Source: Flavobacteriales bacterium
Lineage (GTDB): Bacteria; Bacteroidota; Bacteroidia; Flavobacteriales_F; PHOS-HE28
NCBI GenBank assembly: GCA_023957375.1
Contig: JAMLHB010000003.1
Span: 461,342-525,341 of the forward strand
DNA length: 64,000 nt
Direction of reading: 5' to 3'
The notes beneath the pieces were generated by a model. The model searched no databases. It had not been told where the DNA came from and worked only from the letters and a program-made list of their open reading frames with translations. Position numbers and translations under genes: made by a program. Within the stretch, counting starts at the first letter, position 1. Each line of letters begins with the position of its first letter. Below, piece by piece: positions 31,420 through 41,369 of the stretch.

Positions 31420-32279
31420 TGCACCTGAGGCGGCTCCCATTGCTGCTGCTGGCCGTTGCGGCCACCGGCCAACACGCTGCGGGCCAAAGCAACCCTGTGA
31501 TGGGCGCCTTTCAGTACAGCAACGGCGTACATCCTTCGTTCGACGCCTTGCTGGAGGACGCCCCCGTGCGCGAGGTGGAGCGCTACTGGCTGAACGAACT
31601 GAAGGCGATCAGCATGAAGGTGACCACCCGCAAGGAGATCACCGGCCATACCGCGCGCATTCCCGCGGCTTCGCCGGACACCCTGCAGGTGCTCGTGGCC
31701 GTGGAACGGCCCAAGGGTTCACTGTACACCACGGCGCACATCGCATTCTTCACCACCGCCGGCTACGTGGGCCCCGACTCCCCGGAACGGGAGCTGAACG
31801 GATGCACTGAATGGGTGCGGCAACGCACCGTGGCCCTGCGGCGGCAATTGGCCACGAATGCCGTGGACCGCGGCCGGCGCGAGCTGGACAACCTGAACCG
31901 GCAACTGGACATGCTGCGGCGCGAAGGCCAACGCGCGGAGAACAACTTGCGGCGAAGCCGGGAGCGCATCGAGCAAGCCGCCAGGGACAGCACCGAGGCA
32001 GTCCGGCAGCTGCAGGAATTGGCCACCGCACCCGATACCGCCGGCAAGGACAGCGTCGCCATGGCGACCCTCGCGAAGCAGCGCACCCGTGACATCCGCC
32101 GCTGGCAGGACCGGGCCAAGCGTGCCACAAGCACCCGCCAGGGATCGGAGAAAAGGGTGAGCGACCTGCAATGGGCCATCGCGCGCAACCAAACGGACCA
32201 AGTGGCCAAGGAAGCGGAAGTGGCACGGCAGGAGGCCGTGGTGAAGGAGCTGGAAGAGAAGTTGCAGGCCATCAACTGA
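31416..32279 (+). CDS. hypothetical secreted protein with a C-terminal coiled coil
   Basis: Signal peptide (MMHLRRLPLLLLAVAATGQHAAGQS), then an R/E/Q/A-rich heptad-like C-terminal half. Confidence 0.55.
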   Translation: MMHLRRLPLLLLAVAATGQHAAGQSNPVMGAFQYSNGVHPSFDALLEDAPVREVERYWLNELKAISMKVTTRKEITGHTARIPAASPDTLQVLVAVERPKGSLYTTAHIAFFTTAGYVGPDSPERELNGCTEWVRQRTVALRRQLATNAVDRGRRELDNLNRQLDMLRREGQRAENNLRRSRERIEQAARDSTEAVRQLQELATAPDTAGKDSVAMATLAKQRTRDIRRWQDRAKRATSTRQGSEKRVSDLQWAIARNQTDQVAKEAEVARQEAVVKELEEKLQAIN

Positions 32280-32292
32280 CGGCTTCCTTGGG

Positions 32293-33219
32293 ATGAACAC
32301 GGACACCGGCCAATTGACACGGCGCCATGCCGTGCTGCTGCTGCACCTCACCGTCTTCATCTGGGGCTGGACGGGCATTTTGGGGAAATGGATCGAGCAG
32401 AGCGCCGAGCACATCGTGTTGGTGCGCACGGTGATCGCCTGCGCGGGCCTGGTGCTGGTGGCCCGCTGGATGCGCGTCACGTTGTCACCCCGCACACCGG
32501 ACCTTGGCCGCTACCTGCTGACGGGGCTCATTATCCTGGCCCACTGGACCACCTTCTACTTAGCCATCAAGCGGGGCAGCGCCTCGGTGGCCGTCACCTG
32601 CCTCAGTACCAGCACCTTCTTCACCGCCTTGATCACCCCCTACTGGACCAAGCAGCGCATCAGCCCGTTCGAGGTGGTGATGGGCCTGGTGATCATGGGG
32701 GCACTGCTGCTGATCTTCGGCTTGGAGACCCAGTACCGCGAAGGCATGGTACTGGGCACGGTCAGCGCCTTGCTCAGTGCGTGGTTCAATGTGGTGAACA
32801 GCCGCTTGGTGCAGCGGGGTGAGGCCGTGCGGATCTGCTTCTATGAACTGCTCACCGTGATCGCGGGCATGGGCCTTTGGCTGGCCTGGCAGGGAGACCT
32901 GCCCGCACCGCTGTGGAGCATGTCCGTCCACGACGTGGCAGGCTATCTGGTGCTGGGCCTGGTGTGCACCACCTTCGCCTTCACTGCGGGCATCCATGTG
33001 CTCAAGCGGTTGACGCCCTTCACGGTGATCCTCACGGTGAACCTCGAGCCTGTGTACACCATCCTGATCGCCTTGCTGCTGTGGCCCGATAGCGAACGCA
33101 TGCACCTTGGCTCCTACGCCGGCTTTGCCCTGATCTTGATCTGCATCTCCCTGAACGGATGGCGGCAGCGCGCAATGGACACCCGGATGATCCGGCCAAA
33201 GCCCTTGGCGCAAGGTTGA
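32293..33219 (+). CDS. DMT (EamA-like) family transporter
   Basis: About 10 hydrophobic segments arranged as two EamA-like halves. Confidence 0.78.
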   Translation: MNTDTGQLTRRHAVLLLHLTVFIWGWTGILGKWIEQSAEHIVLVRTVIACAGLVLVARWMRVTLSPRTPDLGRYLLTGLIILAHWTTFYLAIKRGSASVAVTCLSTSTFFTALITPYWTKQRISPFEVVMGLVIMGALLLIFGLETQYREGMVLGTVSALLSAWFNVVNSRLVQRGEAVRICFYELLTVIAGMGLWLAWQGDLPAPLWSMSVHDVAGYLVLGLVCTTFAFTAGIHVLKRLTPFTVILTVNLEPVYTILIALLLWPDSERMHLGSYAGFALILICISLNGWRQRAMDTRMIRPKPLAQG

Positions 33220-33472
33220 TCCGATCAACGGGCGCGTTGCCGATCGAAAGACCGGCCCCTTTTCATCGCCTTTTGCTTCCTGGCGGCCCCCCGTGGTCAG
33301 CAACGGGGACGGCATCCTGCCGTGCGTGCCCCATGAACAGGTCATACCCATGTGACATTCAAATCAGTCCAAAGGACGATCCGAATGTCTACAGTGGTAT
33401 ATGCCATGTGTACAAACAAATGATCGGATAAGGCGAAGCCGAGATCGGACCATGTTGTTTGCAACAACGGTA

Positions 33473-34909
33473 TCACTGCCCCAGCTCGATCGCTTCATCC
33501 CCTGGCCGGTAATCCACATAGTTCACGAAGAACTGGAGCATTTCGTCCGTGGTGCGCATGTGCCTGCCTGCCGGGGCAAGCGCGGTGCGGGGCGGACTGA
33601 AGGGGTTGTTCGGGTTGGCCGCCGTGTTGTCCATCACCACTTCCACCTGGATCACGGAATTCCCCGGTATGTGCAACATGCGGGGAAAGGTGTAGGCAAA
33701 CTGCCATCGGAAATCCCAATCGGGGATGCGGATCAATGGGATGGTATCGCCGCTTGATGCAACCGCGTAGGCCAGGAACGATCTGCCCAACAGGTGCAGG
33801 TGCGGGTTGATCGAGAGCACACTGATGTCCGAGGGTACCCGCATGCTCGTGCGGAAGGTCATCACCGTGTCCGGTGGTACCACTAATGCGGGCACCACCG
33901 GGCTGCTGCCCAAGGTGCCTAGGAAGAGCTCCTTCATGGGGCGTTCCGGGGGCACCCTGCCGAACCACAGGTTGAAGCGCGAACGGTCCACGGTATCGCG
34001 CATGCTGGGGCCGAAATGCAGGGTGTTGAGCAGGAAGGCCCCTTGGCGTGCGATCCGGTAGCCGCCAATGCCGGGCGGGTAGACCGGCGGCGAAAGACCG
34101 GGCAGGTAGTTCACCATGTTTGGCGTTAGCAGCGGCCAGGAGCCATCATCATTCTGCAAGCCCAGTTCGGCATAGGCATCCAAGCTCTTGGTGCTGTCCG
34201 CATCAATGTAGGCGAAGCCTTTGCCTGGATCCTTCTTGGCGCCCGCTGCATAGGAGATCATGGCCGCGTTCATGTGGTGCGCGTAACGCCGGTTTCCCGG
34301 CACGTATTCCACCGCCCGCAGGAAGGTGTCCCGCGCTAGCTCAAAGGGTGCCTTGGTGATGATGAAGTGGTCCCGGTTGTCGCCCGGCAGAAAGAAGGGT
34401 TCGGGCAGCCACACCACAGCATCCGGCGGGCCCATGCCGGGGGGCATGCCGCCCTGCGTCCACGCGGAAGGATCCAACCGGGCCAGGCCGGAGGTGTCAC
34501 CGGCGGGTGCGCCCTGGTCCACCCACTTGGCGATGATGGCGATCTGCCGGGCGGTGAGCGTCCGCTCGCCAAGGAAGCGGCTGTAGGCGGTATCCGCTGG
34601 CCAAGGTGGCATCCAGCGGCCCACCACCATTTTGCGCACCGTCTTGGCTTTTCGCCGCACATCCTGGTAGCTGATCAGCGGAAAGGGCCCCACCTGCCCG
34701 GGGCGGTGGCAGCCTGTACAATGCTTGCGGATGATGGGCGCCACATCGGCGAAGGTCACCGTGTCCGGCAGCCCCTGCACCATGGGGACATGGCCCGCGC
34801 CCGCATTGTGCTGCGGCACATCACCAGCGCAGCGGCACAACCCACAGGCGATGCCCATGATCGCCGCGAGGCATGCCATACCCCGTCTGAAGCGCATTAC
34901 TCCCCGCAT
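33473..34909 (-). CDS. cytochrome c domain fused to a PHM/DBH-like copper type II monooxygenase domain, 478 aa
   Basis: It has the heme site CTGCH (FADVAPIIRKHCTGCHRPG). Copper-ligand-like motifs appear in PHM order: AHHM, LNTLH, NPHLHLLG, WDFRWQFAY, TTDEML. The start is uncertain (ATG 34909, 34897 or 34879). Confidence 0.65.
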   Translation of the reverse strand: MRGVMRFRRGMACLAAIMGIACGLCRCAGDVPQHNAGAGHVPMVQGLPDTVTFADVAPIIRKHCTGCHRPGQVGPFPLISYQDVRRKAKTVRKMVVGRWMPPWPADTAYSRFLGERTLTARQIAIIAKWVDQGAPAGDTSGLARLDPSAWTQGGMPPGMGPPDAVVWLPEPFFLPGDNRDHFIITKAPFELARDTFLRAVEYVPGNRRYAHHMNAAMISYAAGAKKDPGKGFAYIDADSTKSLDAYAELGLQNDDGSWPLLTPNMVNYLPGLSPPVYPPGIGGYRIARQGAFLLNTLHFGPSMRDTVDRSRFNLWFGRVPPERPMKELFLGTLGSSPVVPALVVPPDTVMTFRTSMRVPSDISVLSINPHLHLLGRSFLAYAVASSGDTIPLIRIPDWDFRWQFAYTFPRMLHIPGNSVIQVEVVMDNTAANPNNPFSPPRTALAPAGRHMRTTDEMLQFFVNYVDYRPGDEAIELGQ

Positions 34910-35484
34910 TCCACGATACAGCCCACGGCAACCACCTCCGGTTGTTCCTTTCCGTCGGCCAAGTAGCGGTCCAAGGCCTCGGCCAGGTATTGCTTGGTGG
35001 CCAACAATTTCTTACGCCCCTGCCGTACCGGCCGGTCATCCAATGCACCTCTGTACACCACTTCCCCTTCGGGGCCCACAATGAAGCATTCCGGTGTTAC
35101 CCGGGCCTGCAATGCCAGGGAAAGTACGCAGGCGCTGTCCATGACCTGCGGAAAACCGAGGCCTGCGGCGCGGGAAAAGTCTTCAGCGGCGGAGCGTTGC
35201 AGGAACGGGCCGGGGTAGAAACCGACCACGGCCACTCCCTTTGCGGCAAAGTCATCGGCGATCCCTTGAAAGGCCTGGGTGTACAACTGCGTGATCGGGC
35301 AGTCCGGGTCCATGGTGATGAACACGGTGGCCTTCTGCCCCAACATGGAGCGTAGGCTGCGGTGTTCGCCTTGCAAGGTGGCCCATGGCGTGTCTGCCAC
35401 CGGGGCCACCGACGCCGCCGGAGCCAGACAGGCGGTCCAGCCGACCAGCACAAGCAAACCCACTGCGGCAAGGTGCAGGCGCAT
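34897..35484 (-). CDS. thioredoxin-fold (redoxin/TlpA-like) protein, 195 aa
   Basis: Signal peptide, then the active-site position reads DPDCPIT (a single Cys instead of CxxC). The stop overlaps the downstream monooxygenase ORF. Confidence 0.7.
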   Translation of the reverse strand: MRLHLAAVGLLVLVGWTACLAPAASVAPVADTPWATLQGEHRSLRSMLGQKATVFITMDPDCPITQLYTQAFQGIADDFAAKGVAVVGFYPGPFLQRSAAEDFSRAAGLGFPQVMDSACVLSLALQARVTPECFIVGPEGEVVYRGALDDRPVRQGRKKLLATKQYLAEALDRYLADGKEQPEVVAVGCIVECGE

Positions 35485-35554
35485 GGCACAAAGCTACGGG
35501 CGCCGCTTACCTGCACGTGCAGCAGCCTTCCGCCCCGGCCGTGAAGGAGGCGGT

Positions 35555-35962
35555 TTACCGCTGGGCCATCGGACAGGCCAGGGCCACCACATGGGCGTCA
35601 GGGTCCGCGAAATAGACCACCCGGTGCCCCCAATCCCGGTCGCTCGCCGGATCCACTTCCAGGGCGCCAGCCTCCCGTGCCCGCTGTGCCGCAAGCGCAA
35701 GGTCGTCGACCAGCAAATACAGTTCGCAGCGCGGCACCCCCTGCCCTTGTGCAGGATGAGGCAGGGGCCCGCTGATGATGCGTGCTATTCCCTGCTCGGG
35801 CATCAAGCCCAGTTTCACCCCGGGGCCCAATTGAAATTCGGTCATGCCGGGCACTTCAAGCGCCGGAGCCATGCCCAGCAGGTGCCGGTAGAATGCCGTG
35901 CTCCGGGCTTGATCGGCCACGTACAGGATGAACTGGACCTCAGTGGGATTCATAACCTGCAA
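35555..35962 (-). CDS. VOC family protein (glyoxalase/bleomycin-resistance fold)
   Basis: 135 aa with a typical N-terminus (FILYVADQARSTAFYRHLLG) and C-terminal WGHRVVYFADPDAHVV. Confidence 0.8.
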   Translation of the reverse strand: MQVMNPTEVQFILYVADQARSTAFYRHLLGMAPALEVPGMTEFQLGPGVKLGLMPEQGIARIISGPLPHPAQGQGVPRCELYLLVDDLALAAQRAREAGALEVDPASDRDWGHRVVYFADPDAHVVALACPMAQR

Positions 35963-36301
35963 GGTACGGTTTCCTTCCGGGCCGGTTGTGCCATGTGCAG
36001 GGCCGTTGCCGCGTACTCCGCACGGGGTCGCATGCCCTTTTCCCGAAGGAACCGCGCATTCGCATGGATGGACACGGGCGGTGAACCAGTTTGCGTACAG
36101 GGCGTGAAGGCATGGTCCGGGTTAGGCGTTTTCCGTGTGCATCCATCGCCGGAACCGGGATGCCGTGCCGGAGGTGCGCAAGAAGCAATGGCTCTGCTGC
36201 CAAACGGGCACCGGCACGTCGATCTCCGGTCCGCGTGATGATCCTCACCAAGGCCCTTTCACTGCGCGCCCCATCTTTGTGGTGTTCAAAAACCATCCTG
36301 G

Positions 36302-36520
36302 ATGAAACCGAACTTGGGCAATACGGACCGTGTGGTCCGCACGATCATGGCCTTGGCCATTGTGGTGCTGTACTTCACCGGGGCCCTTCCGGGCATTGTC
36401 GGGATCATCCTGCTGCTGTTCGCCATCATCTTCGTGGTGACGAGCTTCATCAGCTTCTGCCCGGTGTACACGCTCCTTGGCATCAGCACCAACAAAAAGA
36501 AAGAAGACCGGCAGGCATGA
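36302..36520 (+). CDS. DUF2892 (YgaP C-terminal-like) small membrane protein, 72 aa
   Basis: The sequence NLGNTDRVVRTIMALAIVVLYF...FCPVYTLLGIST is typical of DUF2892. Confidence 0.8.
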   Translation: MKPNLGNTDRVVRTIMALAIVVLYFTGALPGIVGIILLLFAIIFVVTSFISFCPVYTLLGISTNKKKEDRQA

Positions 36521-36759
36521 AGCGCACGTGGGTCCTTACCATGTTGGGCGTAGCGGTGGGCGCGGTGGCCGGGTGGGTTTACTGGCGCTACTGGGGCTGC
36601 ACCAACGGTTGTGCCATCACCGGCAGCCCGGTGAACAGTTCGCTGTACGGCGCGTTCATGGGCGGCCTCCTGTTCAACTCGTTCAAGAAAGAGGAACCTG
36701 CGACCAAGCCGCAGACCCATGAAGCCCATGGCGGTTCCGCCGGGACTTCAAGAGACTAG
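36517..36759 (+). CDS. small membrane protein with a GCTNGCAITGS motif (DUF6132-like), 80 aa
   Basis: The ATG at 36517 overlaps the upstream stop (ATGA). It has one or two TM segments. The family call is from memory only. Confidence 0.5.
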   Translation: MKRTWVLTMLGVAVGAVAGWVYWRYWGCTNGCAITGSPVNSSLYGAFMGGLLFNSFKKEEPATKPQTHEAHGGSAGTSRD

Positions 36760-36788
36760 CACCGCCCGCCTTGTTGGCCGTGCCGTCC

Positions 36789-37400
36789 TCACCCTGCGAT
36801 CGGCACCGTGTGCACTTCCACCTCGCCCCGGCCCAGGGTTACCCTGCCGTCGGCGCGCAACTGCTGGAGCAGGCGTGTGATCACCTCCCGGGGTGAACCG
36901 AGTTCATCGGCGATCTGCTGGTGGGTAAGTTGCAGGACCCGCTCGCCCGAAGCCTGTGCACGCTTCAGCAGGTAGTTCCACAGCTGTTCGTCCAACTTGT
37001 GGAACGCTACCACCTCAAACGCCTCGAGCAGTTCCTCATAGCGCTGGGCCTGCACCTCGTTCACGAATTTGCGCCATTCGGGGTACACCATCCATTCGTC
37101 CACATAGCGCACCGGGATCATCAGCAGTTCGGCATCCTCCTCCACCACGGCACGCACGTTGCTCACCCGTTTGGCCACGCAGCACGTTAAGGAGGTGGCG
37201 CAGGATTCGCCCGGCAGGATGTGGTAGAGGTAGCGCTCGCGCCCTTCGCCGTCCTGGGCAAGAATGCGCAGGCTGCCCTGCTTCACGATCGGTATCTGCG
37301 TGATGGGGTCGCCCACCTGCATCAGCACGGTGCCTGCAGGCACGTCCTTTCGTACCACCACGCCGTCATACGCCCGCTTCAGGGCTTGGTCCGTGAACAT
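36789..37400 (-). CDS. Crp/Fnr family transcriptional regulator, 203 aa
   Basis: A cNMP-binding-like N-terminal domain and a C-terminal HTH (LTHQQIADELGSPREVITRLLQQL). Confidence 0.85.
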   Translation of the reverse strand: MFTDQALKRAYDGVVVRKDVPAGTVLMQVGDPITQIPIVKQGSLRILAQDGEGRERYLYHILPGESCATSLTCCVAKRVSNVRAVVEEDAELLMIPVRYVDEWMVYPEWRKFVNEVQAQRYEELLEAFEVVAFHKLDEQLWNYLLKRAQASGERVLQLTHQQIADELGSPREVITRLLQQLRADGRVTLGRGEVEVHTVPIAG

Positions 37401-37436
37401 GGCGCGAAGGTAGCCCCGCAGCCCGGCCGCCGGGCC

Positions 37437-38558
37437 TCATTCACTGCCCTGCGAGAGGCGCGTACGCCGCCCGCCGGGTTTGCGTTCCGCTGCTCCGGCG
37501 CTCCCCTTGAGCTGCTTCAGCCAGGTGACTTCCTTTTCCTCCAGGTGGCGCCAATGTCCGCGCGGCAGGTCTTTCTTGGTCAGCCCGGCGAACATCACGC
37601 GGTCCAGCTTCACTACTTCGGCACCTAAGGCACTGAACATGCGCCTCACCACGCGGTTGCGGCCCATGTGGACCAACAGGCCCACCTCGCGCTTGGAATC
37701 GCCGACGAAGCTGGCCTCGTCGGCCTGTGCGGGCCCATCGTCCAGCATCACGCCTTCCACCAGCTTGTGCAGCTCCTCCACCGTGAGGGCGCGGTCCAGA
37801 GTGGCGTGGTAGAGCTTCTGTGCGCCATGCGACGGGTGCGTGAGCTTCTTGGCGAGTTCGCCATCGTTGGTAAGCAGCAGTACGCCTGTCGTATTGCGGT
37901 CCAAGCGCCCCACCGGGTACAGCCGCTCGGGTCCTGCTTTTGCGATCAGCGACATCACGGTGTGCCGTTCACGCGGGTCGTCGGTGGTGGTGATGGTGTC
38001 CTTGGGCTTGTTCAGCAGCACGTAGCGCTTGTGCTCCATGCGCAATTTCTGCCCGCCGAAGTTGACCACATCGTCCGGCTTGACCTGCGTGCCCAGCTCC
38101 GTGACCACCTTCCCGTTCACGGTAACCGCACCACTGGCAATGAGTTGATCACATTCGCGGCGGCTGCCCACCCCGGCATGTGCGAGGTATTTGTTCAGGC
38201 GCACCAAGCCTGCGTTGGCCGGGTTGGGCAGGCTGAACCGGTTGCTCCGCTCACCTTTGCGAAAGGGTCGCCGTGCACCGGCATCCCCCTCTTGGTATTG
38301 GCGCCGGTCCGGGCGTTGCCCGCCATGGGCATCGGCCGGGTCATGGCGGCCCGCTCCGGAAGGACGTTTAGGCCACGGCTTGCCCTTGGGGCCGTTCGTG
38401 CGGGCCTTGGTGGGCGCAGGGCCTTGGCGTTTGCCGCCACGGGGCGGGCCCGCTTCCCCGCCTGACCTGCGGCGTGCATTTCCGCCCGGGCCTGCATCCT
38501 TGCTTGGTTGCGGTGCACGGCTGCGTTGGGGGCGGGGGTCGTTGTTGCGTTTGCTCAT
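37437..38558 (-). CDS. rRNA pseudouridine synthase (RsuA/RluB family) with an R/G/P-rich N-terminal extension
   Basis: It has an S4 domain (VRLNKYLAHAGVGSRRECDQLI) and the catalytic motif PVGRLDRNTTGVLLLTNDG. Confidence 0.88.
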   Translation of the reverse strand: MSKRNNDPRPQRSRAPQPSKDAGPGGNARRRSGGEAGPPRGGKRQGPAPTKARTNGPKGKPWPKRPSGAGRHDPADAHGGQRPDRRQYQEGDAGARRPFRKGERSNRFSLPNPANAGLVRLNKYLAHAGVGSRRECDQLIASGAVTVNGKVVTELGTQVKPDDVVNFGGQKLRMEHKRYVLLNKPKDTITTTDDPRERHTVMSLIAKAGPERLYPVGRLDRNTTGVLLLTNDGELAKKLTHPSHGAQKLYHATLDRALTVEELHKLVEGVMLDDGPAQADEASFVGDSKREVGLLVHMGRNRVVRRMFSALGAEVVKLDRVMFAGLTKKDLPRGHWRHLEEKEVTWLKQLKGSAGAAERKPGGRRTRLSQGSE

Positions 38559-38917
38559 GGGGTGGAATAGAATGCGTCCGGAATGTGCAGGAATTCAGGC
38601 CCGGAGGGCGTGTGGGTGATGCTGAGCACGTCGAAGCGGAGCTCCAGGTCATCGGGCATGCTTTGGACCAGTTCCCCTGCAGCCTGCATCAGGTGGCGGC
38701 GTTTTGCAGGGCCCACGGCCAGCTCGGGGTCGCCCCATCGGGCGCTGCCCCGGGTTTTCACCTCCACCACCACCAGCAGGCTGCCTTGGCGCGCCACAAT
38801 GTCGATCTCATGCCGCCCGTGCCGCCAGTTGCGGTGCAGAATGCGGAATCCATGAGCCTCCAGCCACTGGCATGCCAATTGCTCCCCTTCGGTTCCCGTC
38901 TTGTTGTGCTCGGCCAT
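38555..38917 (-). CDS. YraN family (UPF0102) endonuclease-like protein, 120 aa
   Basis: Start at ATG 38917. The motif GEQLACQWLEAHGFRILHRNWRHGRHEIDIVA...LVVVEVKTR is characteristic. Confidence 0.85.
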   Translation of the reverse strand: MAEHNKTGTEGEQLACQWLEAHGFRILHRNWRHGRHEIDIVARQGSLLVVVEVKTRGSARWGDPELAVGPAKRRHLMQAAGELVQSMPDDLELRFDVLSITHTPSGPEFLHIPDAFYSTP

Positions 38918-39021
38918 TTCATCCCAACGCAAGGCTGTGCGTAACCCGGAAAGGGCTGCCCGCGTTGGAGGGTCAAAGTTCACCATCTTTCCCTCCCGTC
39001 CATCCATTGAAAATACATCCC

Positions 39022-39663
39022 ATGAAAGGATCGATCCGCACATTGACCGTGGCCTGTGGTTTGGCTGCACTTGCCGTGGCCACACAGGCACAGAGTTTTG
39101 AAGGGACCATTGAGTTCACCAAGACCACCGGGCCGGTGGTGACCAACTACAAATACTACGTCAAGGGCGATCACGTGCGCATCGAGGAACTGAGCGCCCG
39201 GGGCAACGTGCAGGGCATCATGCTGGTGGACAACCGCGACCGTACGGTGACCGCCCTGAGCCCGGACCGCAAGTTGTTCATGGACGTGCCCAACATGCGA
39301 TTGCCCAAGGATTTCAAGGCGGAGGTGAAAAAAACCACCGAGATGAAGGACATCGCAGGCTACAAATGCGAGAAGTGGACGGTAAAAAGCCCTTCCGAGG
39401 ACCGGCTGCTGACCTACTGGGTGGCACAGGATGCCTTCGACTTTTTCATCCCCATGCTGGAAACGCTCAACCGCAAGGACGAGCAGGCCTTGTTCTTCCT
39501 GAAGATCGACGGGGCGAAAGGCGTGTTCCCCATGCTGGGCGTGGAACAGAAGGCCGACGGCAGCGAGGTGAGCCGCCTGGAGGTGACCAAGGTGGGCCGC
39601 GGCGCCCAGAAGCCCGAGCTGTTCCAGGTCCCCGCAGGGTTCACCAAGTTCGAGCGCAACTAA
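39022..39663 (+). CDS. DUF4412-like secreted protein, 213 aa
   Basis: Start at ATG 39022 gives a signal peptide (MKGSIRTLTVACGLAALAVATQAQS). The family assignment is from memory. Confidence 0.55.
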   Translation: MKGSIRTLTVACGLAALAVATQAQSFEGTIEFTKTTGPVVTNYKYYVKGDHVRIEELSARGNVQGIMLVDNRDRTVTALSPDRKLFMDVPNMRLPKDFKAEVKKTTEMKDIAGYKCEKWTVKSPSEDRLLTYWVAQDAFDFFIPMLETLNRKDEQALFFLKIDGAKGVFPMLGVEQKADGSEVSRLEVTKVGRGAQKPELFQVPAGFTKFERN

Positions 39664-40583
39664 GCGGCGTCACCGCCGTCCGCGAAGCTCAGCGTGGCGC
39701 CATCGGCCGCCACGCTGAGCTTCGTTTTTTGCCCCAAGGCCAAGGCGCGGTTGTCACCGAGGTGCCCGGCGGGCATACCGAAGCACACTGGGAAATCCGC
39801 GCGGGCCACCGCCCGGGCGATGATGCCTTCCGCGGACAGGCCGAACGGGTCGGAAGGGTCCTTGTCGTGCATGTCGCTCATCCCGCCCACCACCAGGCCC
39901 GCCAGGCCGTTGAACAGGCCGCCCAATTTCAGGTTCATCACCATGCGGTCCACGTGGTAGAGCAACTCATCCAAGTCTTCGATAAAGAGCACTTTGCCCC
40001 GGGTGGACAGGTCATAGGGGGTGCCGCGCAGGGCATACAAGATCGAGAGGTTGCCGCCTATCAGTACCCCGTGGGCGGTACCGGTGCGGTCCAACGGGCG
40101 GGCGCCGGGGCGATGCACGGCGTTGCAGCGGCCGAACAACGCTTGCCTCAGGGAAGCGGTGCATTCCGCGCTTTTGGCGGCGATGTTGAACGGCATCTGG
40201 GCATGCAATGAGGCCAACCCGGCGTGGTGCAGTGCGGAGTGGAGCACCGTGATATCACTGAACCCAACGATCCATTTGGGCCTGCTGCGCAGGATGGAGA
40301 GGTCCAGCAATTCCAATAAGTGGACCGTTCCGTAGCCGCCGCGCGCGCACCAAACAGCCTTTACCTCCGGGTCCGCCAAGGCTTGCTGTAGGTCGGCGGC
40401 GCGCTCCCCGGCCGTGCCCGCCTGCTGAAAATCCTTGCGGCCCACCCCGGCCCCCAAGCGGACCTTCAGGCCCCAGCTCTCCGCCAAGGCCATGCCGGGG
40501 CGAAGCTCTTCCAGCGTAATGGCGCGTGCCGTGGGAACGATGGCGATCGTGTCGCCCGTGCGCAAGGGTGGCGGAGTAACCAT
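39660..40583 (-). CDS. LD-carboxypeptidase (peptidase S66), 307 aa
   Basis: Matches GDTIAIVPTA...AVWCARGGYG...GFSDIT...GHxxxN-type motifs. Confidence 0.85.
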   Translation of the reverse strand: MVTPPPLRTGDTIAIVPTARAITLEELRPGMALAESWGLKVRLGAGVGRKDFQQAGTAGERAADLQQALADPEVKAVWCARGGYGTVHLLELLDLSILRSRPKWIVGFSDITVLHSALHHAGLASLHAQMPFNIAAKSAECTASLRQALFGRCNAVHRPGARPLDRTGTAHGVLIGGNLSILYALRGTPYDLSTRGKVLFIEDLDELLYHVDRMVMNLKLGGLFNGLAGLVVGGMSDMHDKDPSDPFGLSAEGIIARAVARADFPVCFGMPAGHLGDNRALALGQKTKLSVAADGATLSFADGGDAA

Positions 40584-40821
40584 GGCGCGAAGGTCGCACC
40601 AACAGGCCGGTGTCCGGCGCCATCATCGAAGCCAGGGCGGGGCCGTCCTTCGCGGCGGCACTTACCGACCGAACGGGTTTTGCACCGCCTCCATGCAAAG
40701 CCCCCCCACGGCCAAAGCCCCGTGGCGCATGGATTTTCCGTTTGAAATGCAGAACTTCGCATGGCGGAAACGGGCTTGGGCAACCATTCACGCCCCGATC
40801 GCATCATAGCCCAGCAAGGCC

Positions 40822-41367
40822 ATGACGGATGAACAAATGGTAGCCGGATGCCTCAAGCAGGACCCCGCCGCCCAAAAGGCGCTCTATCAAGCCTATGCAC
40901 GCAAAATGATGAGCATCTGCATGCGGTACGCACCCGGGCGCGAGCAAGCGCAGGACATCCTGCAGGACGGCTTCGTGAAGGTGTTCCAGAAAATGGACCA
41001 CTACCGGGGAGATGGCCCTCTGGGCGGCTGGATCGCACGCACCATGGTGAACACCGCCTTGGACCAGATCCGGCGCAACAAGCCCTTCGAACACAGCCTG
41101 GACCTCACCGAGGCCGAACACCTGCACGCCACCGATGAACAAGTGTTCGGCAGCATGGGCGCCGATGAGCTCATGGCGTTGATCCAGGCGCTGCCGCCCG
41201 GATACCGCACCGTGTTCAACCTCTTCGCCATCGAAGGATACCAGCACAAGGAGATCGGAGAAATGTTGAACATCTCCGAGAACACCTCCAAATCACAATT
41301 CATGAAAGCCCGGGCATATCTGCGCAAGCTCATGCCCAAGGAAACCGTGGACCTGCACGGACATTGA
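40822..41367 (+). CDS. RNA polymerase ECF sigma-70 factor, 181 aa
   Basis: Region 2 (ILQDGFVKVF...) and region 4 (LPPGYRTVFNLFAIEGYQHKEIGEMLNISENTSKSQ) are both recognisable. Confidence 0.9.
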   Translation: MTDEQMVAGCLKQDPAAQKALYQAYARKMMSICMRYAPGREQAQDILQDGFVKVFQKMDHYRGDGPLGGWIARTMVNTALDQIRRNKPFEHSLDLTEAEHLHATDEQVFGSMGADELMALIQALPPGYRTVFNLFAIEGYQHKEIGEMLNISENTSKSQFMKARAYLRKLMPKETVDLHGH

Positions 41368-41369
41368 CC

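Noticed and set aside
33220-33472. Lower-GC 250-bp gap between convergent genes as a possible small RNA or tRNA
   Set aside because: I could not fold a cloverleaf or find T-loop-like GGTTCGAAT-type motifs. Only a short GTTGTT-TGC-AACAAC hairpin next to the monooxygenase stop is evident, and that fits a terminator-like element.
35963-36301. 340-bp intergenic region upstream of the DUF2892 gene as a riboswitch or hidden gene
   Set aside because: I could not identify a recognisable riboswitch core, a conserved hairpin series or a credible ORF. It is left unannotated.
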